64,000 nt of DNA from the human T2T-CHM13v2.0 reference genome, Homo sapiens. Where the stretch lies: NCBI RefSeq assembly GCF_009914755.1, contig NC_060928.1. One strand, written 5' to 3'. Below are positions 28,001 to 41,182 of the stretch, piece by piece (position 1 is the first letter of the stretch; each line of letters opens with the position of its first letter). The translations under genes were made by a program, and so were the position numbers. The notes beneath the pieces were generated by a model. It made no database searches. It was given only the letters and a program-made list of their open reading frames with translations, and had not been told where the DNA came from.

Positions 28001-30984
28001 ATAAATGAAACAAATTGTATGCCCATAATTACTATTTTATACCAGAGTTGACTCAAAAATTCATACTACTTTTGCTAAAGCACAACTCTTAATAAAGTAA
28101 TAATTATAATTCACATTAACATTCTACTAAAATGATTTTATGTGTTAAAGGAAATTAACAGCAGGAAAAAATGAATTTCTTAGAAGTAAACTTGTAAGAC
28201 TTAAGCCAAACTCTTAAGATGAGAGATGACTTCAAGAGATTGCTATATGCTTAGAACTTTAGAGTTGAAGACAAAGAATCTTTATATAGTTCAGTCCAAC
28301 CACTCTCTGATGCTGTGTCTCCTCTATTTTATCTCCATCAAGTCAGTAACTACCCCTTGTTTAAAATTTTCCATGGGTAGGAAACTCACTGTCTCTCAAG
28401 GTAGCCTGTTATAACATTTTAAACTCTTATAAAGGATCTACATATGAAATAAATTATTTCCTGAACTGGAATATAATCAAGTAGGCTAGGCAACCTAAGC
28501 TTAACCTCATTCAGAGCAGGTCAATGTCCTTTTCCAATTTTCATTCTTATTAAGCATCCAATCTCTCTTAGGTTTAGTGCATCTTCTTTTGTTTCAAGAT
28601 TGTTTTTATTGACAGGAAATATAAGTTCAAAATGCCAGAGATCTGTATTCTTTGTTGTTGACTGCCAGCGGCAAGTGTATCCTTTCTTTGATTTTCTTGT
28701 ATCGTATATGACTTTTAAAAGTATCCCCACCCTGCATTTGCTGCCCTTGACATGATGTGTACACAATATTTCATTTATTCATCAAACATTTATTAAATTC
28801 CTTTCTTTATAACAGGGACTTCATTAGGAGTTTAAGACATAAAAGCATGTTTTCTTCTCTTACGGAGATCGCAATCTTGTGGAGAAGACACCCCAATAGA
28901 TCTCTGTCAGTGGAAATAATAGCGTCTCTATAGACTACAGAAGAATGTCCCCAAATCCAAGCTGCGCCCTCCCAGAAAGATGAGTTCTGGGATGCTAATT
29001 TGAGACTTTGTCCTTGCTAACATCATTCTTATCATACCATGTCAGTCTTCCGTATTTGCCCTGGGTTCTATGACTTTTTTTCAGTCTTTGCTTCATGTCC
29101 TCTTGCAAAAATCCAAGTTTACTGTTGCAGTCTTTGCACAGTTACATGGCTTTCTTTGGGAAACTAATCCTTCTCTCACCCATCAGAATTATTTTCGATT
29201 GTACAATCAGAATCACATTTGTGATAACATTCTCATCATTTAGAAGCCACATGACCCATTCTGATTCATAATTCTTGTGTTTGTTTTGTTGACCAAAAAA
29301 AAAAAATCAGAAAACTCATACTCTGTCTTCCTTCTAACTGCCCTATTCCTTTCCATAATGCGTTCCTGTGTAATAATAGTAAGCGTCACCCTCAGATAAG
29401 TGGTACATTGGCATATAATGAGTGAACAGATTAGGAGAATATGTTGGCAAGGAGCTAGGAAGCAACTAACCACAAAATTGTTATCAAGAATGTACTATTT
29501 TCCCCAATGTGAAAAGAAAATACAAAGAGTGAAAAATAATTCATGATTTATCATCGATGTCTTCAAGTATTGATCATCGTTGGTCAAGGATCTAATAATC
29601 TAGTAATATGTTAAGATTTGCATTGACTTATTTTTATACATTTAATCCTTGAGTAATATGACTTTGTCTTTTTTTCACATAATACATTTGCAGCTCAAGC
29701 TTCCAGACAAGTATATAGCCTTCTGTATCCTGTGGCTCTGGCTATGCCATCTGACATCTCTTTAACATGGAAGGGTCTATTATGCTATATTTGATGAAGA
29801 AAAAACCTCCACTAGAAGTCTTACCATCATCTTCTTTCATATGTCACAACAATTTAAGTTTCAGAGAAAAATGTAGCTTTTCGTTCAGATAATAATAGTA
29901 TATAGCAATCTGGTTCCATCTACTTACTGTCTTCCAAATAACTAAAAGAGCTTTCATGAATATCATCTCATCTCAAAGATATGGAGGCATAGCTTTTATG
30001 GTTACCATTTTTTTCTCTTGAAATATTCCTTTAACATTCCTATTCTCATTGTTTTTAAAACTAGGCAACTGTCTTATCTACCACAACCAGAAATGACATA
30101 ATATTTTGCTTTTATCTCTCTTTTTCCTTTCCAAACATGTTGTTATCCAATATCATCATCTGCCTTTTACAATAGTCCTCAGACTATATCATCATCACCA
30201 TGGTGTCAAAATCCTTTCACAGGAATAAATCTCCTTTAAAGAATCAGCTTTCAGCACTCTGCATTCTATATTTTACCCATTAGCTATTTCAAGCTGTATA
30301 ATCTTATAAAAGTCACTGAATGATATAAAACAATTTGCTTATTGTATGTTGACTACGTAACAATAAGATATTTTTCTATATTTTTAAAAAAATTTAAAAA
30401 CATAATCAGGTTTGTTTTTTCATACTGCAGAAAAAATACAAAATCAAATTTATTTTATTTGGTTCAATCCCTCATGACAGCTTATCCTTACTCTTAAATG
30501 TGTTAAGCATACATGTGATACCTGGGAAACAGTAATTTTCTATCCACCTTCCAACCTTAATGGAACCTAGCTAAGGTGTGTAGGCTTCAATTTCTAAGTA
30601 AATTGTGGGTCTGTTGTCAAGTAACCCAGAAAAAGAAGTTATCTTCTGAGTCTAAAAGCTTATAACTTTTCCAAATCTCAATAGAATGTATTCTGTTTGT
30701 GAGCAGGCAAAGAATGGGTGAATGATGACAAAATAAGCTCCAAAAAGGAAGACACTAAGCAAGCAATCTGCTGTCATTAATGTGAGAGCTGTCAGGAATG
30801 TAGCTTATAATAACAGGAACAGATAGCGCTTTTTTCAAAGCCTGAACTTAAAGCTTCAACAGTAAGCAGGGAAATGACATTTACATTGAGATGTAAATTG
30901 CAGCCAATGGCACTGTTCATTTATGTAAGATGGGTCTATTTTGGTTTTCGGAAATATAAACTGAAACCCTGTGTTTTCTCTTAG

Positions 30985-31089
30985 AAAGGCTGACTGCATA
31001 GAAAGTAAAACTTAAGCCTATTCCTGACATGTCAGGAAAATGTAAAGGCCTTTTCACTGCCTAAATATGAATATTAATACAGTGCAAAG
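30985..31089 (+). other. Candidate 105-nt cassette exon
   Basis: Acceptor 'ccctgtgttttctcttAG' and donor AAG|GTAAGC; no expression evidence. Confidence 0.25.
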
Positions 31090-32419
31090 GTAAGCCTGTT
31101 TAACAGGATTATTTCCAAGTTCCCTGAAAAAGGGCATTGCTTTAGGGGCAATGGAAAGTCTATAGTACAGGAAAGCCTTCCACACAGAAATAGGCAGACA
31201 CTCCCCTCTTATCCCTGAACATTAGATAAACAGTTTCAGGATCACATACCCTAGGGGCAAGTGACGCATTTCATAAAACTGAAAGACTGAAAGAGAATTT
31301 GGGATGTCATTTTATTTCTCTTGGAACAAATAGATTATGGTTTCATCTTTTTCATACAAGCTCCTAGAGTAGATGATTCTTCAATCCCTGTGGTATTAAT
31401 TGAAAGTAGTCACTATCATTATCATAAAGAAGTTTGAAAGACCAACCCCTTAAACATAAATCCTTCTATTCATTTAGTATATTGACAAGAAACTTTCCTC
31501 AGTGGAAACTCAAAGCAGAGATCAATCACGACACACTCTACATTTGGATTTGCTCCTTTAATACGCTGCCAAATACTCTCTTAGCTCCAATGATACTGGA
31601 CAAAAGTCATTCCCTGTCTCTCTCACCCACTGGATGGGGCACTCTTTGATGGCAGGTGGGGTGCCCTCCCAGTGCCTAGATCAATATCTGGAACACAACA
31701 GACATTCAATAAAGCTCAAATTTTTATGGTAAATGTGTTATGTTATGTACACTATATTTAATATAAATACATACAAGTATTTCAGATATCAAGAGAAGTT
31801 ATTTCAAACTCTTCCTGGAATTCAGCAGCATGCTTTGCCAACAGGACCCAAAGAAATGTTTTCTGATTATACTAATAATGTGAAATACAGTTGGTGAGTT
31901 GCTGTGCCATTCTTTTCAACACCCATCAAGTTGTCATGTTATATTCTGCACAGAGAACAGTCTTTGTGACTGACTAAAGTACAGTCTATGATTGGGGTAA
32001 TTTTAAGGGGAATTAAGTGTACATACTATACAATACAAACTATACAGTACAAACCACAGTATTTTTGTGAACCAATCTCCATCTCCAATTATAAGCCCCA
32101 GATATCTTAGGATAAAAGTGATCAAGGCAACTTTATTTAACATTAAGAGAATGCAAATTTAGTAACAGCAGTCGTTAAAGAAATCCTTCTTTAAAGTAAT
32201 TAAAGAAATCCTTCTTTAAAAAGCTTTTACTAATGTTAAAGTTGTCTCCAGAAAGTGTCTTCTGGCTTTAAAGACTGCAGCAATTCTCCCTTTACAGCTG
32301 ATCAGACCACCTCCATCAACTGTCCCACTTTGGCATTCTGAGTGGCTTGGACACGTCTCACTCCCGCCTTAAGCATGAAACTCTCCCAGCTGTAGTTCTA
32401 CCATGCTCAAAATGGTTAG

Positions 32420-32615
32420 TTCATTCATTCAACTAATATTTTTTGAGATTTTTTCATGTATCAGACATATTTATAGACATTGAACAATGAATTAAAAAGA
32501 CAGATTATTTTCTATGGAGCTTACATATGGCAAAGACAGACGATAAATGCATCCACAATAAATATACAGTATATTAGATGGTGACAAATATTATGGAGGG
32601 AAAATACACAGGGTA
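32420..32615 (-). mobile_element. L2 3' end
   Basis: 'ttcattcattcaactaatattttttgag...tctatggagcttacat'. Confidence 0.7.
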
Positions 32616-32619
32616 ATAT

Positions 32620-32785
32620 ATGGTGACCGTAATAATTATTGTGTAAAATGGGAGACTTTTGAACATAAGAGAAAAAGGGAGTGTTTAACACCATATAATG
32701 GAGTTATAACATGGAGTAATAACACCTTGACAGTAAGCAAGAACCAGAACTGTCCCAGGTAAATATGAGCATAATATAGTCACGG
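32620..32785. mobile_element. MER81-like hAT-Blackjack MITE
   Basis: Terminal inverted repeats 'ggtgacc...gtcac', with 'gacttttga' and 'ccagaactgtcccaggtaaa'. Confidence 0.6.
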
Positions 32786-33639
32786 CAGATGAGGGAGATG
32801 AGAAAAGTATTGGAATGCAAGGAAATGCCTTAATTTCTAGGGTCTACAGACCTGAATATTAGGTAGCCAGGGAACAGATATTGCATAGCTAGCAGGGTCT
32901 ATTTAGAGGATATTGTCCATAGTAACTCATTTAATACTTATCACAACATTTTGAAGTAGGTGCTGGAAACATACACAGAGACTTGGAACCAGGGTTTTTC
33001 TAGGAATCCTCTCTTGCTCCCTGTGGTTCTCTTTCCTCCTCTGGATCCATTTCTCTATTAGCCTGAAGTGCTCATGCCATCCTTCCTTCTCAAGGAGGCC
33101 TCTTCATGTGATTCAATAAGGAAACATGCTTGATATGTTAAGTTAAAATAAATATGTTGAATTCTGACCATAATTATTGTGCTTGTGTATTGTGGGAGAA
33201 TACCATTTTAATGGATCTTCTTTTGTGATTAAAGTCTTTGGAAGAAACCTCTGGTGCTTTGGCCACAAAACTATGTTTATATTTTCCCAATATCCCGCTA
33301 TATTGAGATTCTGCATTATACTCAATATTGTATACATAATTTTTTTCATATTTATATATTTTTTAAAAAGAAATATAGTGAGTTGCCAGATAGGTGTATT
33401 TACATAATCAAGTCTGTACCTTTTTCTAGAGCTATTTGCAAGCAGCAATGTTCCCTAGACTATTTCTTCTAAATATAAATGACTTGGGAAAGTTATTTTC
33501 CTAAGTAGATAAGAACAAGAATATAATTTATTTATATGAGTCAGTGGATATTTGCTATGTACTATAATTAAATCAATAAAAACACAATATGTCAATAATT
33601 AAATATTGAATTATTTATAGTATGTTCAAATAATAAATA

Positions 33640-34200
33640 TTTTGATAATATCCAGTGTTGCAATACTATTTTCATATGGGTACAGGATTATTCTGTTAGT
33701 GTCAGTATAACTAGTTTTATTTATTTTAGAAAGCAATTTGATGATACTTTTCAGAGATAGAAAAAAGTAAAGAGTTTATAATCGTAGTATAAGCACCTAA
33801 ACACAGATAAATTATCTGAAGGAAAATAAACAAATTATAGCTAATTGTATTGGCATAAATAGGCAAAAGCTGCAACAAATGAAATGTTCCAAACAAAAAG
33901 ATCAATTAATTCATTGAGTACATAAACTCTATGGTATATTTTGTGAAAATAAAAAATGATATTTTAGAAGTCTATGTGTCATCAAAGAAAGGAAGCCTGA
34001 CATAAAAATGTTACATTTAAAAAGAAGAAAATACAAAGTTTTATTTGTTATGTAAGTATCTTATGTAAACCATAAGTATTAGTGGAAATTGGAGGAAAAC
34101 ATGGCAAAATGAAAATGAAGTAGATTTATTAGAATCATGGGCTTATGCATTATTTTAAATGAATTATTATTATTAGAAGATTGTGCAATGAATAGCTTTT
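33640..34200 (+). mobile_element. Very old L1ME 3' fragment
   Basis: 'ttttagaaagcaatttgatgata...aaatgaaatgttcca...ctctatggtatattttg'. Confidence 0.45.
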
Positions 34201-36518
34201 TTAAAAAAGAAGTCATTGAGTACAAGACTTGTTCTTGCTTTCTCAGGATCATCAGAAAGTTGATTTATGCTCCTTAATTTTCTAGAGGCCATGTAAATGA
34301 AACGATTCTCTTTATATTATACTTGGATTGGTATATGGTCTTGTTTTTCAGTTAACCACTTCAAACTTACACAGAATGAATTGGAGAAAGGGAACAAAAT
34401 TGAGTAGAAAGATTTGTTATAGACCTTGGATGAAATTTGTAACAAGTGTAGACGCTGATAAAGTGGTTTAATGAAAACATTTTTCAAGTAGAATTATATG
34501 ACTTGACATCCAGTCCATTTGTGTATTTTGAGGGATGTCTGAAAAATCTGTTGGTGCCCTGAAGAGAGATACATCCATGACACTGAAATAAATGCCTGTG
34601 ATAGTTCTTTACTGATAAAATTTGAAGGTTATTTGTGCCCTACAACTCTAAGTTAATCATACTGAAGCTATGATACCCTTTACTATAATTCTTCAAGTTG
34701 AAACTATATAAATATGTGTGTGTATAAAATTGCCAATTCTTTGCAATAAAAAGATTTTTTTATAAAAAGCAAGATTAACTAGAGAATTTAAGTAAGGAAG
34801 TTAATAAATTTTAAATGTATTATCTTTTTATAAAGACTACATTTTGTCATTCAATATGTAGAAAAAATCAACACTTTGGCTTTGATGTTGGAAAAATTCT
34901 CTGTATGCATATGTTCTTTTAAGAAATGCTGCCTTATTAATATTGTGCAGGAAACTGAAAAGATACTCTTTGCATTTATTCAAAGGTAATAGATAAATAG
35001 ATAAAGATAGATGTTAACCTGTGAGTAGAAAGTTTACTTCAAGATGTAAGTATGCATGTATGTAGGTGTTTCAAGAAAAATATATTGGATATGTTTATAT
35101 GTAGATATTAATTATTTCTTTCAAAATGTTTGTTAAATTTTAACAAATTTCATAGGCCTTGTGATATAGGCTTTAAAGTGCCTTATTTTCCAAAGGTTAC
35201 CAAAGTGTCAACTTCAGCAAAGCCTCAGCAAGATTGGTAATGATTAAGCACCCATCTGCTGCAGTCTTTGAGACTTTATGAAGGTAGGAGACAAAAGGAA
35301 TGAACCGTTTCTATGTTGTGAAAGTCTTGGGTGAAACAGACAAGTCTAACTCAATCAGTTCTTATTCATCTGGCCATGAACCTCAAGAGAAGTTATCTAA
35401 GGGGACTTTTCCATTAGGATAATCTCAGTTATCTTGAAGCAAATCTCAGTTAATTTGAAGCCAATTTGTAATTAACGACTCTCTCCTTCTATTAAGAAAC
35501 CTAATCTAGTCAAGCTTTGGTTCTGAAAAGATTATTAATACCATGTGTGCATTTGTTGCTGATCCCTTAATCAATGTTTTATATGTCCAGACTTGGGGTT
35601 GGAAAATTAGCAAGGTTGGGGGAATTGGTTAAATGGGTTCCATTTTTATGTTTTCATTTTTTGCATGCAACCTTTTTTCAATAGTTAGTAGTTCAATCAG
35701 GACAATGTTACAATACTTAGCACCCCATCACCTCAAAAACAGTAATCATATGTTTAGCATTCCTACTAGAGTGAAGATCATAATGACAATAATCATGAGA
35801 ATAAACCCCATAGAAACTGGTTAGAGTGCCATTATATGCCGCTGGATGTATGTGTATCAGGAAATGATTTAATACATGTATCACTGTATTATAATACATT
35901 TTGCTATAAAATTAACAGCAATGTTTATGTACAATTTGAGAAAAATAAGTAGTAAGCAAGCACAATTAGAAGTTCAAAGTCAATCAATACTTTTGATGTA
36001 ACAGGAATAACAGCTTTCCAGTATGTCTAACATACGCACATAAGCTTTACTAACAAGAACATTTACTAAGTCTTTTCTATTAGGTTTTATCGCTACATTC
36101 ATTGTAAAACAATAATAAAACCTTGTTGAGCCTTTATGACCAAGTAAAATGTGCTGATAAATGAATCACCTAACAATAACGCATGATGGGTGATGGCAAT
36201 CACATTTTAAGGACCTCAGCAAATATATCTGATCAATAAATAGACAGCTGTTTCCTAAACACTATGTTAGGCACAATGGCATCATAAAAGGTGTAACTAT
36301 ATTAAACACAATCTATCATATTGAGGGCATACTATAAAAATACATCTAATATCTCAAAGAGTATGTTGTAAGTGACATATGATGCTATAGATAATAAATT
36401 ATAAAGGAGTTCATAATACTTGAGTAGTAAAACATGTTTAATAAGAAAGAATGTTTTGAGTTAGGCATTAGTGAATGATGAAAATTTGGAGAGGTAAAAG
36501 GGAGAAAAAAGGGCATGT

Positions 36519-36812
36519 AGTGGGGTGCGGTGACTCACGCCTGTAATCCCAGCACTTTGGGAGGACAAAGAGGGCGGATTACCTGAGGTCAGGAGTTTGA
36601 GAACAGCCTGGCCAACATGGTGAAACACCATCTCTACTAAAATTACAAAAATTAGCTGGGCGTGGTGGTGCATGCCTGTAATCTCAGTTACTCCTGAGGC
36701 TGAGTGGGGAGAATCACTTGAATTCGGGAGGTGGGGGTTGCAGTGAGCCTAGATGGCGTCACTGCGCTCCAGCCTGTGTGACAGTGTGAGACTGGGTCTC
36801 AAAAAAAAACAA
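36519..36812 (+). mobile_element. AluS, full length
   Basis: Complete dimer including 'ggattacctgaggtcaggagtttgaga' and an A tail. Confidence 0.93.
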
Positions 36813-36949
36813 GGGTGGGGAGGGGGGCATTAGGGTGTACTATGGGCAAAGTCCACAGACAGTTGACAGACTGGGAGGAGATTTTTGCAGTAGAAAAACC
36901 AAAAAAACATAACGTAAGGAACCAAGGTGAATAAAAAATACAGGAAACC

Positions 36950-37660
36950 TAATATGAATATTAGTAGATAACAAAAAGGAAATCTAAATTATATGAAAAT
37001 ATGTTCAACCTCATTATGAAGTGAGAAGTGAAACTAAAACAATAGTGATATCCCCTTGCAAATATTAGTTTAGCAAAAATAGATTATTGGGTGATAGCAA
37101 ATATTAGTAAGAATGTTCAGAAGCAGGCAAGCTGAGACATTACTGATGGGAATCTAGGCTAGTGTGGCCATTTTGAGAATCAGTGAAATAACATTAGCTA
37201 CATTCTATCACCAAGAAATTCAAATTCACTTAGTTTCATACCTCAGAGAAACTAGTACACAAATACAAATAAATATTTGGTGGTTGTTGTTGTTTTCTTA
37301 TAGCAGAGACTGGAAAGTAATTTAAGAGTCTAAGTGAGAAATTTATTATAGGACTAAATAAAATGAAATGTGATGGAAAAACTTCTGAAGCATCTGAAAT
37401 ACAATGCAGATATTCTGATAATGCTTACATAGATCTCATTGTCTTGAAACAAAAGAAGAAAAAACATCAGATTTCTAGTGCAATTCAATTTATTTAAATT
37501 TAAATACATGTATAAAACAGTACTATATATAATTTTCAAAGATATATACATATTTCAAAGATACATATCCAGAGATATTTAGTAAACATGAAGAATAAAT
37601 ACTTACAGTGGGGAGAGGTTAAATTGAAGTAGGATCCTGGAATAAAAGAAAAAATAAAAA
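36950..37660 (+). mobile_element. Old L1M ORF2-end/3' UTR fragment
   Basis: 'atatgaaaatatgttcaacctcatta...aactaaaacaatagtgatat...cattactgatgggaat'. Confidence 0.65.
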
Positions 37661-37924
37661 ACTAAGAGGAATCTGACAGACTGCAGTTGAAAGGGACTAT
37701 AAGCTGGGGAGTACTCAGCTCTCAATATTGGGCCCCCAAAATGGGAGGCCAGCCAGCCAAACTCTGTTTTCTTCCCATAAAGTTATTGCTCTGTGCAAAA
37801 GAAATCAAATTTGGTTTGATATTATCTTATATTTTCTAACAAGTACTTTGTAGGATGAGTTAAATCATCAGGATTACAGGTTTAGGAGCATGTACCATTT
37901 GTATTATTGTGTTCTTAAATATAG

Positions 37925-38100
37925 ATCTGAGAAAAGGAAAAAAAGTGGATAAAGAGTGTGCACTTCTGTTGGGGCAATGACTCCGGGGCGGAAGAGGCTG
38001 AAAGAAAGGACCAATGCAGGGAGGAAAAGAAATTGCCCAACTCCTTCCAGGGAATGTAGATGAAAACATATAGACACAATTGGGAGAAAATTTGGGGCAG
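37925..38100 (+). ncRNA. Putative internal exon of the lncRNA (176 nt)
   Basis: Acceptor 'ttattgtgttcttaaatatAG', purine-rich body, strong donor CAG|GTAAGC. Confidence 0.6.
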
Positions 38101-39378
38101 GTAAGCCTGTGACTTTCTAGTCCTTTCTGCTTTCCATATACATGTTAAAAGGTTACATGGAGGATTGCTGGATGCCAAGAAAAGCTTTTATCTCTCAGTC
38201 TCAAATTGCTGTGTTGTGTTTGGCTTAAGACACAAGTGGATGCTTCTACCAGGTTCCTCTCACCTGCATGTAGCTGTCATGAGTGAAAAAATAAGAGCTT
38301 TCCACTTTACTTTGGGTTATCATCTTAAATAGAAAATGGAGATTGCTAAAGTGGGAATGGGAAGAGGGAAAGGGGTGTGGTAAAGAGGATATTGTTTTTC
38401 CTTCTTGCCCTTACATGGTAACCCTCAGGTCCTTGGCTGAGTCTTGGGAGAAGATGAACACAAAGGTCAGACTATCAGAAGTAGCCACCACAAGATGGTT
38501 GCCTGGAAGAAAACTGGAGAGTTGTGACCTAGTTTAACACCAGTATGATGATGAAAATTGCAGCTCTGAGATTTCTACTAGTCAAGAATTGATCGGCTGA
38601 CCCCCAAGCTGAGCAAGTGGATGTCTCTTGAGGGAAATTTACCTTGGGGGTTTCAGGGAGCTGAGGGAGTGGCACAGTGAAGAAGGGCAATCAGTGTTTC
38701 TGCTTTTCATCCCAGGCTCTGAGAGTGTTTCCCAAGATTGTTTTCTTTTAAATCAGAGGAACACTCATGATGCTGTCACCAGCAACTATAATCTCTCCGT
38801 CTCTGGATCTGATTGTTACCTAAGCAGTGGTATGATGACCTATTTCAAGTTCTTCCTCCAGCACCTGCCCTGCTCATATCCATCCCTAGAGCACTTTGTG
38901 GACTATGGCTCTCTTCCCTTTAAGCCTGTTAGTTGGCTTTTGGCCTAAAATTTCATCCTCTGCCTCAACCCCCAACATAATCCCCCATTCTTACCATACT
39001 GATTTTACTGCCATGGATAATTTTTTATGCTGCCCTCCTGCTTCCCAAGCATTTGGGAAATTGTGAAAATATTATGTTGATTTTTTAAGGAAGAGCATTA
39101 ATGGGAAATTAACATTGAGGAGAATTCAGCACATAAGGTACTATTTTATCTAAAAGAGAGAGACAGAGGCAGAGAGATTCGACAATATATGGTGATGGGG
39201 AAAAGTATTAAATTAGCTTTATTTATATTCTGGAAAACAACCAAAATGACCATGTTAAAAATTATTTAAAAAAAACAGAAAACTAATCTCAAATAGTGTA
39301 TCTTTCATTTACATGTACTAATTCCTTATGAAATAGTTTTCTTACCCCTTTTCTTGAATCCTCTTTCCTTTCCTTCAG

Positions 39379-39615
39379 CTGATCTGACTATGAACTGTTT
39401 TGATAAGATGAATGACCAGAACTCCCAATACTACTTGAGTAGAATCTTCTCCTGTCACTACAAGAAGAGGCTGTGAAGACACTGTTTGAACTCAGACCAT
39501 CACAAAAGAACAGTATGATTATTGACTTTCAATGAGTTTCTTACAATTTTATACCTAATTACTATGCTGTACAATAATGATTATGTAGACCATTAAATGT
39601 TTCATTAACATTTTA
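39379..39615 (+). ncRNA. Putative terminal exon of the lncRNA
   Basis: Long polypyrimidine tract 'cccttttcttgaatcctctttcctttccttcAG'; ATTAAA at 39592-39597; 3' end approximate. Confidence 0.6.
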
Positions 39616-39630
39616 TGTCTTTTATTTGAT
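39592..39630 (+). terminator. Putative polyadenylation signal (ATTAAA plus downstream U/GU-rich element)
   Basis: Upstream TGTA motifs, ATTAAA, then 'ttttatgtctttttatttg'. Confidence 0.45.
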
Positions 39631-40852
39631 TAGTACACCAAATTCTACTCATGTGTGCTCTGTGTGCATAGTTCCTTAAACATACAACAAGGTTTTCTGC
39701 CCACAGAGCTTGATCTTCCCTTGTTTGGAGATAAAATTGAATAATATGTAGTCTGTTTTTTTAATCTCCTTTTTATAGCCTTATGTTGGAGTGTAGAGTA
39801 TGAACTACCAGAAAAAAAGTTACCAGAAATTCCACATTAGAATGTAATAAATACTAATCTAAGTATTTTAAGAAAATGAATATTCTGGGTATTTGAATAG
39901 ATGGATTGAGTCTTTTGGCAACTCAGCTCCAGAACTTACCAGCATGTAGCATGAGTAGGAATGTTCTCATTCTGAGTTACACAGTTCAGTTAAATTTAGG
40001 GTGTGTTAGCTGGCAGCATGCATTAATAGTGGTGACAACAAATAGAAGGATGTCTTTCTAAACAACATAAGGTAACCTGGGCTTGAGAACTTTATAATAC
40101 TTTATTCATTCTCTTTAACAAATATAAAAGATACAGCTCTATATTATAGATAAAAACATTTCATGTACTTGATAAGATGTAGATTTTGGGTAATTGACTT
40201 GTGATTATAAATTTAAATCCAGGGCCCAATATCCATTTGTTTACTAGAACCACATCAATCACTGCCAAATATAAGTTGTTTTAAGATGATGAGTTAAAAT
40301 TGAGATTAAATAATTTGCATCGTTAAATTAAGTTTAATGAAAATTGTATTTGAACCCTCAGCTTTTAAAACCTAGTTCTGCTTAGCCTTTGAATTTTGTA
40401 AATAAATTTGACATAATGAATCTGCAACCTTTTATTCATTTCCCAAATTTAGTTATTTTGAATTCTCTTCATTTCTCAGTTATTCTGTCATTCTGTTTTG
40501 CTAGTTTGTTGATGTCCTTAGTTTCTTCAGAAGAGTTTTAGTTTCTCATCTAATTGTTTCAGATCTCCTGTGAACTTTCTCTTTTCTCATGCATTCTCAT
40601 TTTCATCAATATTTGACTTGCATTAGAATTTATTCACAACACTCTCTATAGCTCGAGGTGCTTTATCTTCTTTTTTTGACTTGGCCATTTGTAACAATAA
40701 AAATAGGAGTTATTTAATTTCTTGCAATCCTAAAACATCTTTTTCCTAACATTGTCACATATCTTGTAATGATGTAAATTTCATTTGTTGAAAGAATATG
40801 AAAACAATTTGCTAATGACGAAATTCCAAACTTGAAATTTTTTAAAGAATTG

Positions 40853-40979
40853 GGAGATATACCTAATGCTAGATGACGCGTTAGTGGGTGCAGCGCACCA
40901 GCATGGCACATGTATACATATGTAACTAACCTGCACAATGTGCACATGTACCCTAAAACTTAAAGTATTAAAAAAAAAA
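40853..40979 (+). mobile_element. Young, severely 5'-truncated L1 3' end (L1PA2/pre-L1HS-like)
   Basis: Near-consensus L1 3' UTR end, poly-A, perfect TSD AAAGAATTG (40844-40852 and 40980-40988) at a TT/AAAG endonuclease site. Confidence 0.95.
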
Positions 40980-41182
40980 AAAGAATTGTAAAAGAAAACA
41001 TATACAAGTGCATTTCTGTCTGTCTTGTCATTCTTAAATAACAATATAGAAGCAGACTGGATACTAAAATGCTAGAAAATATAATCATAAGAAGATGAAA
41101 AAGACAACATAGGCTTTTCTTCTAGAGCTTTAAGTAGTTAGCAGCTCAGCATTAATATAAAAAAACAAGAATACTTAGTGAC

